The notes: generated by a model not told the origin, from the sequence alone. DNA of 64,000 bases from Opitutia bacterium (GCA_947478395.1 CANJVR010000002.1:128001-192000); one strand, 5' to 3'. Shown: positions 10,519-21,081, numbered from the stretch's first letter. A program made the numbers and translations.

Positions 10519-11109
10519 ATGCCCCTCCTTCTCCTCAAAGATCTACCCCGCTACGAGTGCCTTTTGGAGGGCGCCAAGGAATTTCCGCAATTGGATCCCT
10601 CTGCCTGTGAAGCTTTCCTGCATCTTCTGCGCACCGGCGACGAGGTGTTCAGCGTTTCGGAGCGCCACCTCGCGAGTCATAACATTTCTCAGGGTCGGTT
10701 CGGGGTGCTGATGCTGCTGTGGGGTTCGACTCACCGTCGAGGCGACCCGCAAATTTCCGGATCCTGCCCGGCTAGTCCCCGCACCCCGGCCGAGCTTGCG
10801 GATGCGGCGGGCGTCACGCGAGCGACCATGACCGGTCTCGTCGACACCTTGGAGCGTGATGGTTTTGTGCGGCGCGAGCCTGATCCCAACGATCGTCGGA
10901 TGATGTCGGTGCGGTTGACCGCCCGGGCGGAGGAGTTTTTGCATAGCATGCTCCCGGCGCACTTCGAATTGATGGCCCGATTGATGGCGCCACTTTCTGA
11001 ACCGGAGCGGAAAACACTGGTCGGCCTCCTGAACAAGATTCTGGTGTGTGCGAGCGAGTTTTCGCCCAACGCGCCTGTTCCGGCCGTGACCGGCGCACCG
11101 GTTCACTGA
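10519..11109 (+). CDS. MarR-family transcriptional regulator
   Basis: ISQGRFGVL, TPAELADAAGVTRATMTGLVDTLERDGFVRREPDPNDRR wHTH; heads an efflux operon. Confidence 0.93.
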   Translation: MPLLLLKDLPRYECLLEGAKEFPQLDPSACEAFLHLLRTGDEVFSVSERHLASHNISQGRFGVLMLLWGSTHRRGDPQISGSCPASPRTPAELADAAGVTRATMTGLVDTLERDGFVRREPDPNDRRMMSVRLTARAEEFLHSMLPAHFELMARLMAPLSEPERKTLVGLLNKILVCASEFSPNAPVPAVTGAPVH

Positions 11110-11157
11110 ACCGCCCCGATATTTTCCCTCATATTTAGCACTCATCCTCTCCTTCAC

Positions 11158-12276
11158 ATGTTTAAGAAATTCCTCATCGCGTTCGCCGGTTTTGCCGTCG
11201 TCGTCGCCGCCCTCGGCGCCGTCAAGGCTTCCCAAATCAAGCAGATGTCGTCGGTCTCGCACGCCGTGCCGCCGACGGCCGTCACTTCAATCGAAGCCAA
11301 GTCCATGGCCTGGCAGTCCGTGATCAGCGCGATCGGGACGCTTGCGCCGGTCCAAGGGGTGATGGTCGCCGCCGATGCAGACGGCGTGGTCTCAAAAATT
11401 TTCGTCGAAAACGGGGCCGCCCTTAAAGCGGGCGACCCCATGATCGAACTCGACACGAGTGTGGAGACCGCGCAACTCGCCTCGGCGGAGTCGCGGGCCG
11501 CGTTGGCTAGGTTGCAGAGCGACCGGGCCAAGGATTTGGTTTCCAAAAACACCATCAGCCAGGCCGAGCTCGACGTCGCCAACGCCCAGCTGATTCAAGC
11601 CGGAGCCGATGTCGCCGGGCTGAAGGCCACCATCGAAAGAAAGCGCGTACGCGCGCCCTTCGACGGCCGCGTCGGAATCCGGTTGGTCAACATCGGCCAG
11701 TTTGTCTCGCGCGGCAAAGCCCTCGTACCGCTGCAGAAGCTCGACCCGATCTACGTCAACTTCAGTATCCCGCAGCGCCAGCTCGGATCGCTCACGGTGG
11801 GACAGAAAATCAGCGTGACCGTGGACACGTTTAGCACTCCGTTTGCCGGCAAGATCGCCGCCATCAACTCTGAAGTGGACTCGGTGACCCGCAATATTTG
11901 GGTGCAAGCTTTGCTCCCGAACGCGCAGGAGCAGCTGCGATCCGGCATGTTTGTCCAAGTCGAAGTCGAGCTGCCGGCGGCGGAGCCGCAAGTCGTTCTG
12001 CCGGCCACGGCGATTGCCTACGCGCCGTACGGGAATTCGGTCTTCATCATCGAAAAAATGAAGGACAAGGATGGTGCTGAATATTTGGGCGTGCGGCAGC
12101 AACCGGTGAAAATCGGGGCTACTCGCGGCGACCTCGTGGCCATCGAAGGCGGTGTTAAACCCGGCGAACAGGTCGTCACATCAGGCGTCTTCAAGCTGCG
12201 CAACGGCGCGCCGGTCGCGGTCAACAACACGGCACAGCCCACCGCCAATCCCGCGCCCAAGCCGGCTAATACTTGA
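11158..12276 (+). CDS. RND efflux periplasmic adaptor (MFP) subunit
   Basis: N-terminal anchor, lipoyl-like halves, VRAPFDGRVG, LRSGMFV. Confidence 0.94.
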   Translation: MFKKFLIAFAGFAVVVAALGAVKASQIKQMSSVSHAVPPTAVTSIEAKSMAWQSVISAIGTLAPVQGVMVAADADGVVSKIFVENGAALKAGDPMIELDTSVETAQLASAESRAALARLQSDRAKDLVSKNTISQAELDVANAQLIQAGADVAGLKATIERKRVRAPFDGRVGIRLVNIGQFVSRGKALVPLQKLDPIYVNFSIPQRQLGSLTVGQKISVTVDTFSTPFAGKIAAINSEVDSVTRNIWVQALLPNAQEQLRSGMFVQVEVELPAAEPQVVLPATAIAYAPYGNSVFIIEKMKDKDGAEYLGVRQQPVKIGATRGDLVAIEGGVKPGEQVVTSGVFKLRNGAPVAVNNTAQPTANPAPKPANT

Positions 12277-12308
12277 TTCGCATCCGCTCGAAACCGGAAA
12301 GAACCGTC

Positions 12309-15300
12309 ATGCTATCCAAAAGCTTCACCGATTTGTTCATTCGCAAGCCCGTCATCGCGCTGGTGGTGAACATCGTCATCCTGATTGTTGGCTTGGTCTC
12401 CTACACCAAGTTGAACACGCGCCAATATCCGCGCAGCGACAGCGCCGTGGTGAACGTTACCACCATTTATTTCGGGGCGAGCGCCGACACCGTACGCGGC
12501 TACATCACCACTCAACTCGAACAGGTCATCTCGAGTGCCGACGGCATCGATTACATCGAATCCGCCAGCAGTTCGGGCATTAGCACGATCAAGGTCTACC
12601 TGCGGTTGAACTACGACACGAATGCCGCGCTCGCGCAGATCTCGGCGAAGATCAACCAAGTGCGCAGTCAGCTGCCGCCAGAAGCCGAGACCCCCAGCAT
12701 CACCGTGGAAACAGCGGACAGCCAGTTCGCGTCGATTTACCTGAGTTTCTATTCCGATACCCTCGATCAAAATCAGATCACCGACTATCTGTCCCGCATG
12801 GTGCAGCCGCGGTTGTCCTCGGTGAAGGGTGTGCAGCGGGCCGACGTGCTCGGCGGTCGCGTCTTCGCGATGCGCGTGTGGCTCAAGCCCGAGCAGCTTG
12901 CCGCACGCGGACTCAGTCCTTCCGAGGTGCGCCAGGCGCTGCAGGCCAATAATGCGCTGGCCGCGATCGGTTCGACCAAGGGCTCGATGCTGAGTGTCAG
13001 CTTGGTCGCCAACACCGATCTCAAGAACGTGGATGAGTTCAAGAAACTCGTTGTCGCGCAGCGCGGCGGAACGATTATCCGACTTTCTGATGTGGCCGAG
13101 GTCGTGCTCGGCGCAGAGGACTACAACACCGAGGTGCGCTTCGGTGGCCAGACCGCCACCTTCATGGGCATCTGGGTGCTGCCGACCGAAAGCACCGTGG
13201 AGGTCATCAAACGCGTCCGCGACGTGATGCCTGAAATCGAGCGCGCGCTACCCGCGGGTTTGAATGTCAAAATTGCCTACGATGGCACGCGCTACATCGA
13301 CGACGCGCTGAAGGAAATTCTCAGCACACTGATCGAGACCCTGATCATCGTGATGTGCGTGATCTTTCTTTTCATGGGTTCGTTCCGTTCGGTGCTCATC
13401 CCGATCATCGCGATGCCGCTATCCCTCATTGGCGCGCTCTTCTTGATGTACGCTTTCGGCTTCACGATCAATTTGCTGACCCTGCTGGCCGTCGTGCTCG
13501 CGGTCGGCATCGTGGTCGACGACGCCATCGTCGTCGTCGAAAATATCGAACGTCACATCCGCGACGGAAAAACTCCGATCGACGCTGCGATCCTCGGTGC
13601 GCGCGAACTGGTGGGTCCGGTTATCTCGATGACGATCACGCTGGCCGCGGTGTACGCGCCGATTGCCTTTCAAGGCGGACTCACTGGGGCGCTTTTCCGC
13701 GAGTTTGCGGTGACACTTGCCGGCGCGGTGACGGTATCGGGTTTTGTTGCGCTGACGCTCTCCCCGATGATGAGCGCCTACCTGCTCAAGGATCACGATC
13801 ACGAGGAAGCCGGGCTGAGTGGACGCATCAACCGGCTCTTCGATCGTATCCGCAATCGCTACGAGCGGATGATCGGGGCCAGCCTTGGCTGGGTGCCGGT
13901 TACGATCACTACGGCGGTTTTGCTGATGCTTCTCATTGTGCCCTTCGTGATGTTTGCGCAGCACGAACTCGCCCCGAAGGAAGACCAGGGTGTGGTCTTC
14001 AGTATTCTGCAACCGTCGCCCACCTCCACGATCGACCAGAACGTGATTTTTGCGGCCGAGGTGCAGAAAATGTTCACGAGTGTGCCTGAGTACGAAAATT
14101 CGTTTCAACTTACTGGCTCCACGTTCGGTTTTGCCGGGATCATTCTCAAGCCGTGGTCGGAGCGGAAGCGCTCCTCCATTCAGATTCAGGAAGCGCTGCA
14201 GGCTCCCGCCGCCGGGATCCCCGGTATCAACGTGATCGTCACCACGCCCGAGCCGTTGCCCTCCGGCGGCCAGTTCCCGATCGAAATCGTGATCCGCTCG
14301 ACCGCCGCTCACCGTGAGATGTTGGAATACGCGGAGCAACTCGTGCTCTACGCCAATACCGACGCGAATGCGCCGAATGCCGCGCCCACGTTTTACTTCG
14401 CCGACTCCGATCTGAAGTTCGATCTCCCGCAGGTGGAAATTGAAATCGACAAGGACAAGGTCGCGTCGATGGGGCTCAATTTGAGCGATGTTGCCCGCGA
14501 CTTGGGATCCATGTTGGGCGGCGGTTACGTGAATCGCTTCGTGAACGATGGCCGCAGTTATCGCGTGATTCCCCAAGTCGAACGCGGACAGCGCCTGAAT
14601 GCTGACCAGCTGCTGGATTATCACGTGCGAGGTCCGGCCGGGCAGTTGATTCCCCTGAGCACAATCGCGACGCTCAGAAATACGGTGCAGCCCCGGACGC
14701 TTAACCGCTTCCAGCAACTCAACTCCGTCAAGATCACCGGCGTCGGTCCGAGCATCGATCTCGCGCTCAAAAAGCTTGAAGCGAAAGCGGCCGAGATTCT
14801 GCCGCCCGGCTACTCGATCGATTACGGTGGCCAGTCCCGCCAGCTCCGCACTGAAGGCGGAGCGCTATGGAAGGCATTCGTCATGGCCGGGCTTCTGATC
14901 TTTTTGGTGCTCGCGGCCCAGTTCAACAGCTTCCGCGATCCGTTCATCATCCTGTTCGGCTCGGTGCCGCTGGCCATCGCCGGCGCGTTGCTGCCGATCT
15001 TCCTTTGGAAAACCTCGCTGAATATTTATTCGCAGATCGGCCTCATCACGCTGGTCGGCCTGATCGCGAAAAACGGCATTCTGATCGTGGAATTTGCCAA
15101 CACGCTGCAAGAGCAGGGCATCGCCAAGCGCGACGCCATCCGCCGCGCGGCGGCCACGCGCCTGCGTCCCGTGCTGATGACTTCCGCTGCGACGGTCTTC
15201 GGTCACTTGATGTTGATCTTCGTGACCGGCCCCGGCGCCGCCGCGCGCAACAGTATCGGCTGGGTTCTGGTCGTCGGCATGGCCGTCGGCACGTTCTTCA

Positions 15301-15410
15301 CCCTCTATGTCGTACCGGCGTTCTACATGTTGATCGCCCGCGACCAAAATAAAATCCATGTGGCTCCGGCCGCGCCGGCTCCTCTCGCCGCTGTTTCCCT
15401 CGCCAAATAA
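12309..15410 (+). CDS. RND efflux permease (AcrB/MexI/MexW-like)
   Basis: FTDLFIRKPV, GIVVDDAIVVVENI, GLIAKNGILIVEFA, RLRPVLMT; start taken at ATG 12309. Confidence 0.96.
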   Translation: MLSKSFTDLFIRKPVIALVVNIVILIVGLVSYTKLNTRQYPRSDSAVVNVTTIYFGASADTVRGYITTQLEQVISSADGIDYIESASSSGISTIKVYLRLNYDTNAALAQISAKINQVRSQLPPEAETPSITVETADSQFASIYLSFYSDTLDQNQITDYLSRMVQPRLSSVKGVQRADVLGGRVFAMRVWLKPEQLAARGLSPSEVRQALQANNALAAIGSTKGSMLSVSLVANTDLKNVDEFKKLVVAQRGGTIIRLSDVAEVVLGAEDYNTEVRFGGQTATFMGIWVLPTESTVEVIKRVRDVMPEIERALPAGLNVKIAYDGTRYIDDALKEILSTLIETLIIVMCVIFLFMGSFRSVLIPIIAMPLSLIGALFLMYAFGFTINLLTLLAVVLAVGIVVDDAIVVVENIERHIRDGKTPIDAAILGARELVGPVISMTITLAAVYAPIAFQGGLTGALFREFAVTLAGAVTVSGFVALTLSPMMSAYLLKDHDHEEAGLSGRINRLFDRIRNRYERMIGASLGWVPVTITTAVLLMLLIVPFVMFAQHELAPKEDQGVVFSILQPSPTSTIDQNVIFAAEVQKMFTSVPEYENSFQLTGSTFGFAGIILKPWSERKRSSIQIQEALQAPAAGIPGINVIVTTPEPLPSGGQFPIEIVIRSTAAHREMLEYAEQLVLYANTDANAPNAAPTFYFADSDLKFDLPQVEIEIDKDKVASMGLNLSDVARDLGSMLGGGYVNRFVNDGRSYRVIPQVERGQRLNADQLLDYHVRGPAGQLIPLSTIATLRNTVQPRTLNRFQQLNSVKITGVGPSIDLALKKLEAKAAEILPPGYSIDYGGQSRQLRTEGGALWKAFVMAGLLIFLVLAAQFNSFRDPFIILFGSVPLAIAGALLPIFLWKTSLNIYSQIGLITLVGLIAKNGILIVEFANTLQEQGIAKRDAIRRAAATRLRPVLMTSAATVFGHLMLIFVTGPGAAARNSIGWVLVVGMAVGTFFTLYVVPAFYMLIARDQNKIHVAPAAPAPLAAVSLAK

Positions 15411-15421
15411 AAGCTCCTCCC

Positions 15422-16765
15422 ATGAAGTTCGTTCGTTCGACTTTTTCTCCCATCACATCGTTGGCGGTATTCGCTTTCATGTGCGGCTCGACCCGCGGTG
15501 CTCCCGCTCCGGCGCAGGATGTGCCCGACAAACTAGACATGCCCACGGCGCTGCGCTTCGCCTTGGATAATAATTTTGCCATCCGGCAGGCGCGTGAGCG
15601 CATCCGTCAGCAAGACGGCGTGGTCGTCGAGGTGAAGGCTCGCTCGATTCCTAACGTCTCCGCCAATGGTGCCTTCCAGCTCAACGAAAAGGACATTTCC
15701 CAAAGCGTCCCTGCCTCTAATCGCGGCTGGAGCCTGAGCGTCACCGCCTCGCAGACTCTCTATGCCGGCGGCGGCGTGCGTTCGGCGATCAAGAGTGCGA
15801 ACCTCGCCCGCGAGGCCGCCGTGCTCGAGCTGACCGGAGTCGTCAACGACGCGTTGCTCGACGTGCGTACTCGGTTCTACGACATCCTGCTCGCCCGCGA
15901 AAAAATCAAGGTGCAGGAATCCAACGTCGAGCTGCTCCAATCCCAGCTCAAAAACGTGACCGACCGTTTCAACGCCGGCACGATCTCGAGCTTCGAGCGT
16001 CTCCGGGCCGAGGTTGCCCTGGCCAACGCTCAGGTGCCGCTCATCAGCGCGCGCAACGCCTACCGTCTGGCCATCGAGGCCATGCGCCAGTCGCTCGGAT
16101 TCGTCACGACCACCCAGGAGAATCTCCGTAAGGTGCCGGATTTCGTCGGCACCTTGGATTATTCGCCCGTCAATTTTGACCTTCAGTCTGCGCTTGATGC
16201 CGCCCGCGCCAACCGGCCCGAGCTCACTCGCCTGAACAAGCTCATCGACGCCCGCGAGGAGTTGGTTGTCACCTCGCGCGCGAGCCGATACCCGAATCTT
16301 GCCGCCTTTGCCGGCTGGCAATTGCGCAAGGGACCAACCGACACGTTCGGCGATTCCAAGGACGGCTTTCTCGTCGGAATCCAATCGCAGTGGAACGTAT
16401 TTGATGGCAACGCGACGTCGGGTCGGGTCAGCCAAGCCCGTTCCCTCCTCGATCAGGCGCGCCTGATCCTCGACGAGCAAACCCTTGCGATCAACGTCGA
16501 GGTGCGCCGGGCGCTGTCCTCGCTGCAGGAAGCTAGCGAGCTGGCCGATGCCTCGCAGAAAGTCGTGGCGCAAGCCGAGGAGAGCCTGCGTCTCGCCAAT
16601 GCCCGCTATGGTGCCGGCACCGCGACGCAACTCGACGTGCTGCAAAGCCAGGTTGATCTCACGACCGCCCGGACCAATCAGATCCAGGCCTACTACAACT
16701 ACAGCGTGGCACTCGCGCGCGTGCGCAAAGCCATCGGTCTGCTGGACGCCGCCGTTGCGAACTGA
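15422..16765 (+). CDS. TolC-family outer membrane efflux protein
   Basis: Signal peptide, ALDNN, two OEP repeats, ARYGAGTATQLDVL; third gene of the RND operon. Confidence 0.93.
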   Translation: MKFVRSTFSPITSLAVFAFMCGSTRGAPAPAQDVPDKLDMPTALRFALDNNFAIRQARERIRQQDGVVVEVKARSIPNVSANGAFQLNEKDISQSVPASNRGWSLSVTASQTLYAGGGVRSAIKSANLAREAAVLELTGVVNDALLDVRTRFYDILLAREKIKVQESNVELLQSQLKNVTDRFNAGTISSFERLRAEVALANAQVPLISARNAYRLAIEAMRQSLGFVTTTQENLRKVPDFVGTLDYSPVNFDLQSALDAARANRPELTRLNKLIDAREELVVTSRASRYPNLAAFAGWQLRKGPTDTFGDSKDGFLVGIQSQWNVFDGNATSGRVSQARSLLDQARLILDEQTLAINVEVRRALSSLQEASELADASQKVVAQAEESLRLANARYGAGTATQLDVLQSQVDLTTARTNQIQAYYNYSVALARVRKAIGLLDAAVAN

Positions 16766-16840
16766 ACGTCGCAACCTTAGCGGCGGATTTTTACCGGCGG
16801 GCTGTAACTCCCTTACTTCACTGGTGTCCGCTTCCTGAGC

Positions 16841-19800
16841 ATGAAACCAGTTCGGCGGCTCTTATTTTTTCTGGCCGGTGGCGCGACGCTCGTGCTCGTG
16901 CTGGTGGCCTTGGGTTTCACGTCGGCTTTCCAGACGTGGGCCGCCCGCAAAGCGCTCTCGAGCCAGCCTGCGCTGCGCGCATCCGTCGGCCGCGTTTCGG
17001 CCGGTCTGGGCCGGATTGAGCTCGAGGCGGTGCACGCGGAGTCGGATGGCGCGGTCCTTACTTTGCCCGCGCTCACCGCGGAATTGCCGCTGTGGTCCGC
17101 CGCCGTTTCCCACGACGTTGCGGTCACCAAACTCATCGCGAAAGGCTGGATCCTCGATCTCTCTCAAGCCGTTCCGGCGAGTGTTTTGCCGTCCCCAGCC
17201 CCAGGCGCTGCGGTGCCTGCAACCGCTAAAACCGCTTTGGCTAAGCCGGCGATTTCAGGCCCGAATCCGGCGGAAGCAGTGGTTGGAGCCACGGCCGCCG
17301 CCTTCAAAGGCGTGTTCGCCCAGCTGCGGCTGCCGGTGGATTTATCCGTCGACGGTTTGGAACTGGAGGGCGACGTGCTGCTCCCGCCCGCGCCCGACGC
17401 ACCGTCGGCCAAGGCCCATATTCGCATCGTCGGTGGCGGACTGAGTGTCGGGCGCGAAGGGCGCTTCACCGTGGACCTATCGGTCGCACTCGTCGGCGCA
17501 AATATTCCCGTCGCGGCGCTCACCGCTCATGCGACGTTCATCGCGGCGATGGACACCCCGCGGACTTTCACGCGTTTTGAAGCCGAGACGTCAGCCACGG
17601 CCCGCGGCGAAAAATTTCCTCAGGGTCTCAAACTCACCGCCACCTTCGGCGCCACGCGCGCCCCGCTGGTCGAGAATTACGCGGCGGTCTTTGTGCTCGA
17701 AGGCAAGGAGCTGGTCGCCGTGCGCGCTGAGTTTCCCCGCGACGGTCATATCCTTTCCGGCACCTGGAAACTCAATGCCCGCACCACCGATCTGGCGCCA
17801 TTCTCCATCGGACGGGCGTTGCCGGAAATCGAGGCGGTGGGGCAGGGAAAGTTCACCACCGATGCCGCTTTCGCCGAGATCCAGGCGAGCGGTCAGCTCG
17901 ATGCCACGGCCGCCCAGCTCGCCGTGATCAAACCCGAACTCGCCGCGCTCGGCACCGTGAAAGTCACCGCGGAATTCGACCTCGCCCAGCAGGGTGGCGC
18001 GCTGCGCGTCGACCGTCTCACCGCTCAATTCTCCGCCGCTCGTCCGGTCGCTGCCATTAAGTCTCTCCAGCCTTTTGCCTTCAACGCCACGACCGGCGAA
18101 CTCAAGGTCGCCGATCCCTCGCGCGAACTGCTCGCCCTCGATCTCCAAGGTGTCCCTCTCGCCTGGGTGCAGCCGTTTTTAAAGAATTTTAAACTCAGCG
18201 GCGGCGACCTCCACGGCGAGTTGGTCGCGACGGCGAACAATGGCGGACTGGCTTTGCGTTCCAAAGGCCCGGTCACGCTCGCGGCCGTGGGTCTGGCTTC
18301 GAGCCAAGGGGCACTGCTCAAGGCGCTCGACGTCACTCTTGGTTTTTCGGCCGATTACACGCCGCAGGGCTGGCAGGCCGCGATCGCACCGCTTTCGATT
18401 TCCAGTGGCGGAGCGCAACTGCTGACGCTCAGCGCCAAAGCCGGCCAGCTCACCGGCAAGGATCAACCCATCAAAGCGACGGGGCTTTGGAGCGGAAATC
18501 TCCCTGCGCTCCTCGCGCAACCTGCCGCCGGTCAAGGCAAGTTGACGCAAGGTGAGGCGTCTGGCGAATTTGTGGCCACCCTCGCGGGAAAAAAGGAAAT
18601 CCAGGCTACGCTGCTCATCAAGAATCTGGTGGCGGATCCGAAGTTGACCAAGGCGGCACTGCCGTCGATCGCGGCTGATGTGCGCGTCGATGTGGACGCG
18701 GCGGGAAAAATTAATTTCAACGCACCATTCCTCTTTGAGCGCGGCGGCCGGAAATCCGATCTCGCGTTGATCGGTACCGCTCTACCGGGACCGACGATGA
18801 CAGTATTCGATGTTCGGGTCGTGAGTGCGGTCCTCGTGGTTGACGACCTTCAAGTTCTGGCGGCCCTCGCTCCGGGTGGACCGCCGGCCGAGGAAGCGGT
18901 GACCAAGCCTGTGGTGGCGACAAAAGATGAAAAACCATTCTGGGCCGGTCTCAGCGGGCAGTTCGTACTCGGCCTGAAAAAAGTCGTCTACTCGGAAAAA
19001 TTTGAAGTCAACGATGTCGGTGGCACGCTCCGCCTCGCAGATGGCGCTCTGAAACTCACCGGCGTACGCGCCGACTTCGGCGAGGAAGGGGCGTTCAAAC
19101 TCACCGGCGACGTGACCTTTTTACCGGACACGCGTGAACCGTATGCGCTGCAGGCGGACGTTGCCTTGAACAATTTCGATTCTGCCCCGCTTTTCCGCGC
19201 GCTCGACCCGGCGCGGCTGCCCGCCGTCGAGGGCCGGTTCAATATCGTCACGCATCTCGTCGGCAGCGGTGTTAATGTCGGCCAGCTCGCCGCGCGTACG
19301 CGCGGTGAAGTTCAACTCACGAGCAAGTCGGGTCTGTTTCGCGGCTTGTCCGCCGACATGGCAGATTCGCTGCGGCAGGCTCCCTCGATGCTGTCGGGCG
19401 CGGTCAGCAGTGTCGGCGCATTGCTCGGTCGGCGAAAGGACAAGCCCGACGATGTCACGGAGTTCCTCGATAAGCAGGGCAAGGTCGTGGTCGAGCTCGC
19501 GGACCGCTTGAAGGAAATTTCCTACGACCAGATCAACGTGGTCGCGAATCGGGACGAAAAGTTAAATATCAAGCTCAAGGAATTCTCCCTCATATCTCCC
19601 GAGGTGCGTCTGCGTGGCACCGGCCAGATTACGTACCGCGAGGGGGTTCCCACCCTCGGCCAGCCGCTCGATCTGAACCTCCAAATTGGGGCGCGTGGTC
19701 GACTGGAAAATTTGATGAACAGCGTGGCCTTGCTTGACGGTCGCCAGGACGAGCTCGGCTACAATAGCATGAGCGAACCGGTTTATTTGGGCGGCACGTT

Positions 19801-19906
19801 GGAGAACATCGATCAAAGCGCGTTGAAGAAAATCTTGATCGAGGCCGCGCTGCGCAAAGCGAAGAGTTCGCTGCTGGAAAATTTGGGCGGCTTGTTGGGG
19901 AGGTAA
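16841..19906 (+). CDS. Large membrane-anchored beta-rich protein, AsmA/TamB-like (putative lipid-bridge family)
   Basis: 1021 aa, single N-terminal TM helix, alternating beta-strand pattern throughout, C-terminal LRGTGQI...LGGTLENID...LGGLLG typical of AsmA-like tails. Confidence 0.6.
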   Translation: MKPVRRLLFFLAGGATLVLVLVALGFTSAFQTWAARKALSSQPALRASVGRVSAGLGRIELEAVHAESDGAVLTLPALTAELPLWSAAVSHDVAVTKLIAKGWILDLSQAVPASVLPSPAPGAAVPATAKTALAKPAISGPNPAEAVVGATAAAFKGVFAQLRLPVDLSVDGLELEGDVLLPPAPDAPSAKAHIRIVGGGLSVGREGRFTVDLSVALVGANIPVAALTAHATFIAAMDTPRTFTRFEAETSATARGEKFPQGLKLTATFGATRAPLVENYAAVFVLEGKELVAVRAEFPRDGHILSGTWKLNARTTDLAPFSIGRALPEIEAVGQGKFTTDAAFAEIQASGQLDATAAQLAVIKPELAALGTVKVTAEFDLAQQGGALRVDRLTAQFSAARPVAAIKSLQPFAFNATTGELKVADPSRELLALDLQGVPLAWVQPFLKNFKLSGGDLHGELVATANNGGLALRSKGPVTLAAVGLASSQGALLKALDVTLGFSADYTPQGWQAAIAPLSISSGGAQLLTLSAKAGQLTGKDQPIKATGLWSGNLPALLAQPAAGQGKLTQGEASGEFVATLAGKKEIQATLLIKNLVADPKLTKAALPSIAADVRVDVDAAGKINFNAPFLFERGGRKSDLALIGTALPGPTMTVFDVRVVSAVLVVDDLQVLAALAPGGPPAEEAVTKPVVATKDEKPFWAGLSGQFVLGLKKVVYSEKFEVNDVGGTLRLADGALKLTGVRADFGEEGAFKLTGDVTFLPDTREPYALQADVALNNFDSAPLFRALDPARLPAVEGRFNIVTHLVGSGVNVGQLAARTRGEVQLTSKSGLFRGLSADMADSLRQAPSMLSGAVSSVGALLGRRKDKPDDVTEFLDKQGKVVVELADRLKEISYDQINVVANRDEKLNIKLKEFSLISPEVRLRGTGQITYREGVPTLGQPLDLNLQIGARGRLENLMNSVALLDGRQDELGYNSMSEPVYLGGTLENIDQSALKKILIEAALRKAKSSLLENLGGLLGR

Positions 19907-19953
19907 TATCGCTGTGCGCTGGGGGTGAGACCTGTGCAGGGCGATGGCTGATT

Positions 19954-20027
19954 TGGGCGGGTGCGCTCACCCCGCGAATCGTCAATCGGCCAGCGATGTC
20001 CAAGCGGGGTGAGGGCACCCCGCCCAC
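19954..20027. repeat. REP doublet, family B, copy 2
   Basis: TGGGCGGGTGCGCTCACCCCGC ... GCGGGGTGAGGGCACCCCGCCCAC inverted arms. Confidence 0.8.
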
Positions 20028-20094
20028 AGTTGCCATTTGCCGCATCCCATTTTGAAGGTTGGCGCCGAGCCGGCGGCTGGGCCAAGGTCACGAG

Positions 20095-21081
20095 GTGATC
20101 GCTTCCGTCGCGTTTCGGAATTTCAAGGCTCTGCGGAATACCCGGCTGGAGCTCGCTCCCTTCAATCTGGTGATCGGGCCCAACGGCAGCGGAAAAACCA
20201 GCCTGATTCAGGCGTTGTTGCGTTTGCGATCGTTGGCCCGATTGCCGCTCGGCGATCCCGCAGCGCCGACCCTCGCGGCGGGACCGCAGATTGATTTTGC
20301 TTTCGCGCCGCCGCATGAGCGCGTGAGCGCGACGCTGGGTTGTGTGTCGGAGCTGGTGTGCGACCTTCTGCGGGTGCAATCGCCCTCGCCAGAGGCATGG
20401 CTCGCGGTCCAAGCCAAGATTGTTGGCGTGAGAAACTATCTTTTCGACCATAACGCGATGGCGGTGCCCGCCGTGCTGACCGACAGCGCCGAACTTGCCT
20501 CCGATGGGGCGAATCTCGCGGCCGTGCTGGCGCGCCGAAAAGAAACGGCCCCAGCCGAATTTGCGCGACTCGAGGCCGAGGTGCTCCGTCTCCTGCCCGA
20601 ATTTACCGGCATGCTTTTCAACTTTGGGTCAGATGGAAGGGTCGGGCTCGCGTTGGCCTTAGGCGGAGGTGAGCCGCCGGTCGAAGCGGAAAATTTATCG
20701 CAGGGCGTGTTGTATTTGCTGGGCGTCCTGACGCTCGCCTTCGATCCCGCTCCACCTGCAGTGGTGTGCATGGAGGATATCGACCGTGGACTGCATCCGC
20801 GCTTTCTGCGCGAAGTGCGCGACGCGCTTTACCGGCTCAGTTATCCGGCGTCGGCGGGCGAAACGCGTCCGCCGGTCCAGGTAATCGCAACCACCCATTC
20901 GCCGTACCTGTTGGATTTGTTTCGGGATCACCCGGAAGAAATTGTCATCAGCCAAAAGCACGGTCGCGAGGCGAGGTTCGAGCGGCTTTCGGACCGCGCC
21001 GACATTCGCGAATTGCTGCGTGAGGGTTCGCTCGGTGACATGTGGTTTAGTGGCATCCTCGGTGGCGTGCCGGAGGAATGA
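20095..21081 (+). CDS. ABC-type ATPase (AAA_21/AAA_15, AbiEii/OLD-like)
   Basis: GTG start giving MIASVAFRNFKAL; Walker A GPNGSGKT; signature LSQG; Walker B/D-loop VVCMEDIDRGLHP; H-loop IATTHSPYLLD; C-terminal LGDMWFSGILGGVP. Confidence 0.88.
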   Translation: MIASVAFRNFKALRNTRLELAPFNLVIGPNGSGKTSLIQALLRLRSLARLPLGDPAAPTLAAGPQIDFAFAPPHERVSATLGCVSELVCDLLRVQSPSPEAWLAVQAKIVGVRNYLFDHNAMAVPAVLTDSAELASDGANLAAVLARRKETAPAEFARLEAEVLRLLPEFTGMLFNFGSDGRVGLALALGGGEPPVEAENLSQGVLYLLGVLTLAFDPAPPAVVCMEDIDRGLHPRFLREVRDALYRLSYPASAGETRPPVQVIATTHSPYLLDLFRDHPEEIVISQKHGREARFERLSDRADIRELLREGSLGDMWFSGILGGVPEE

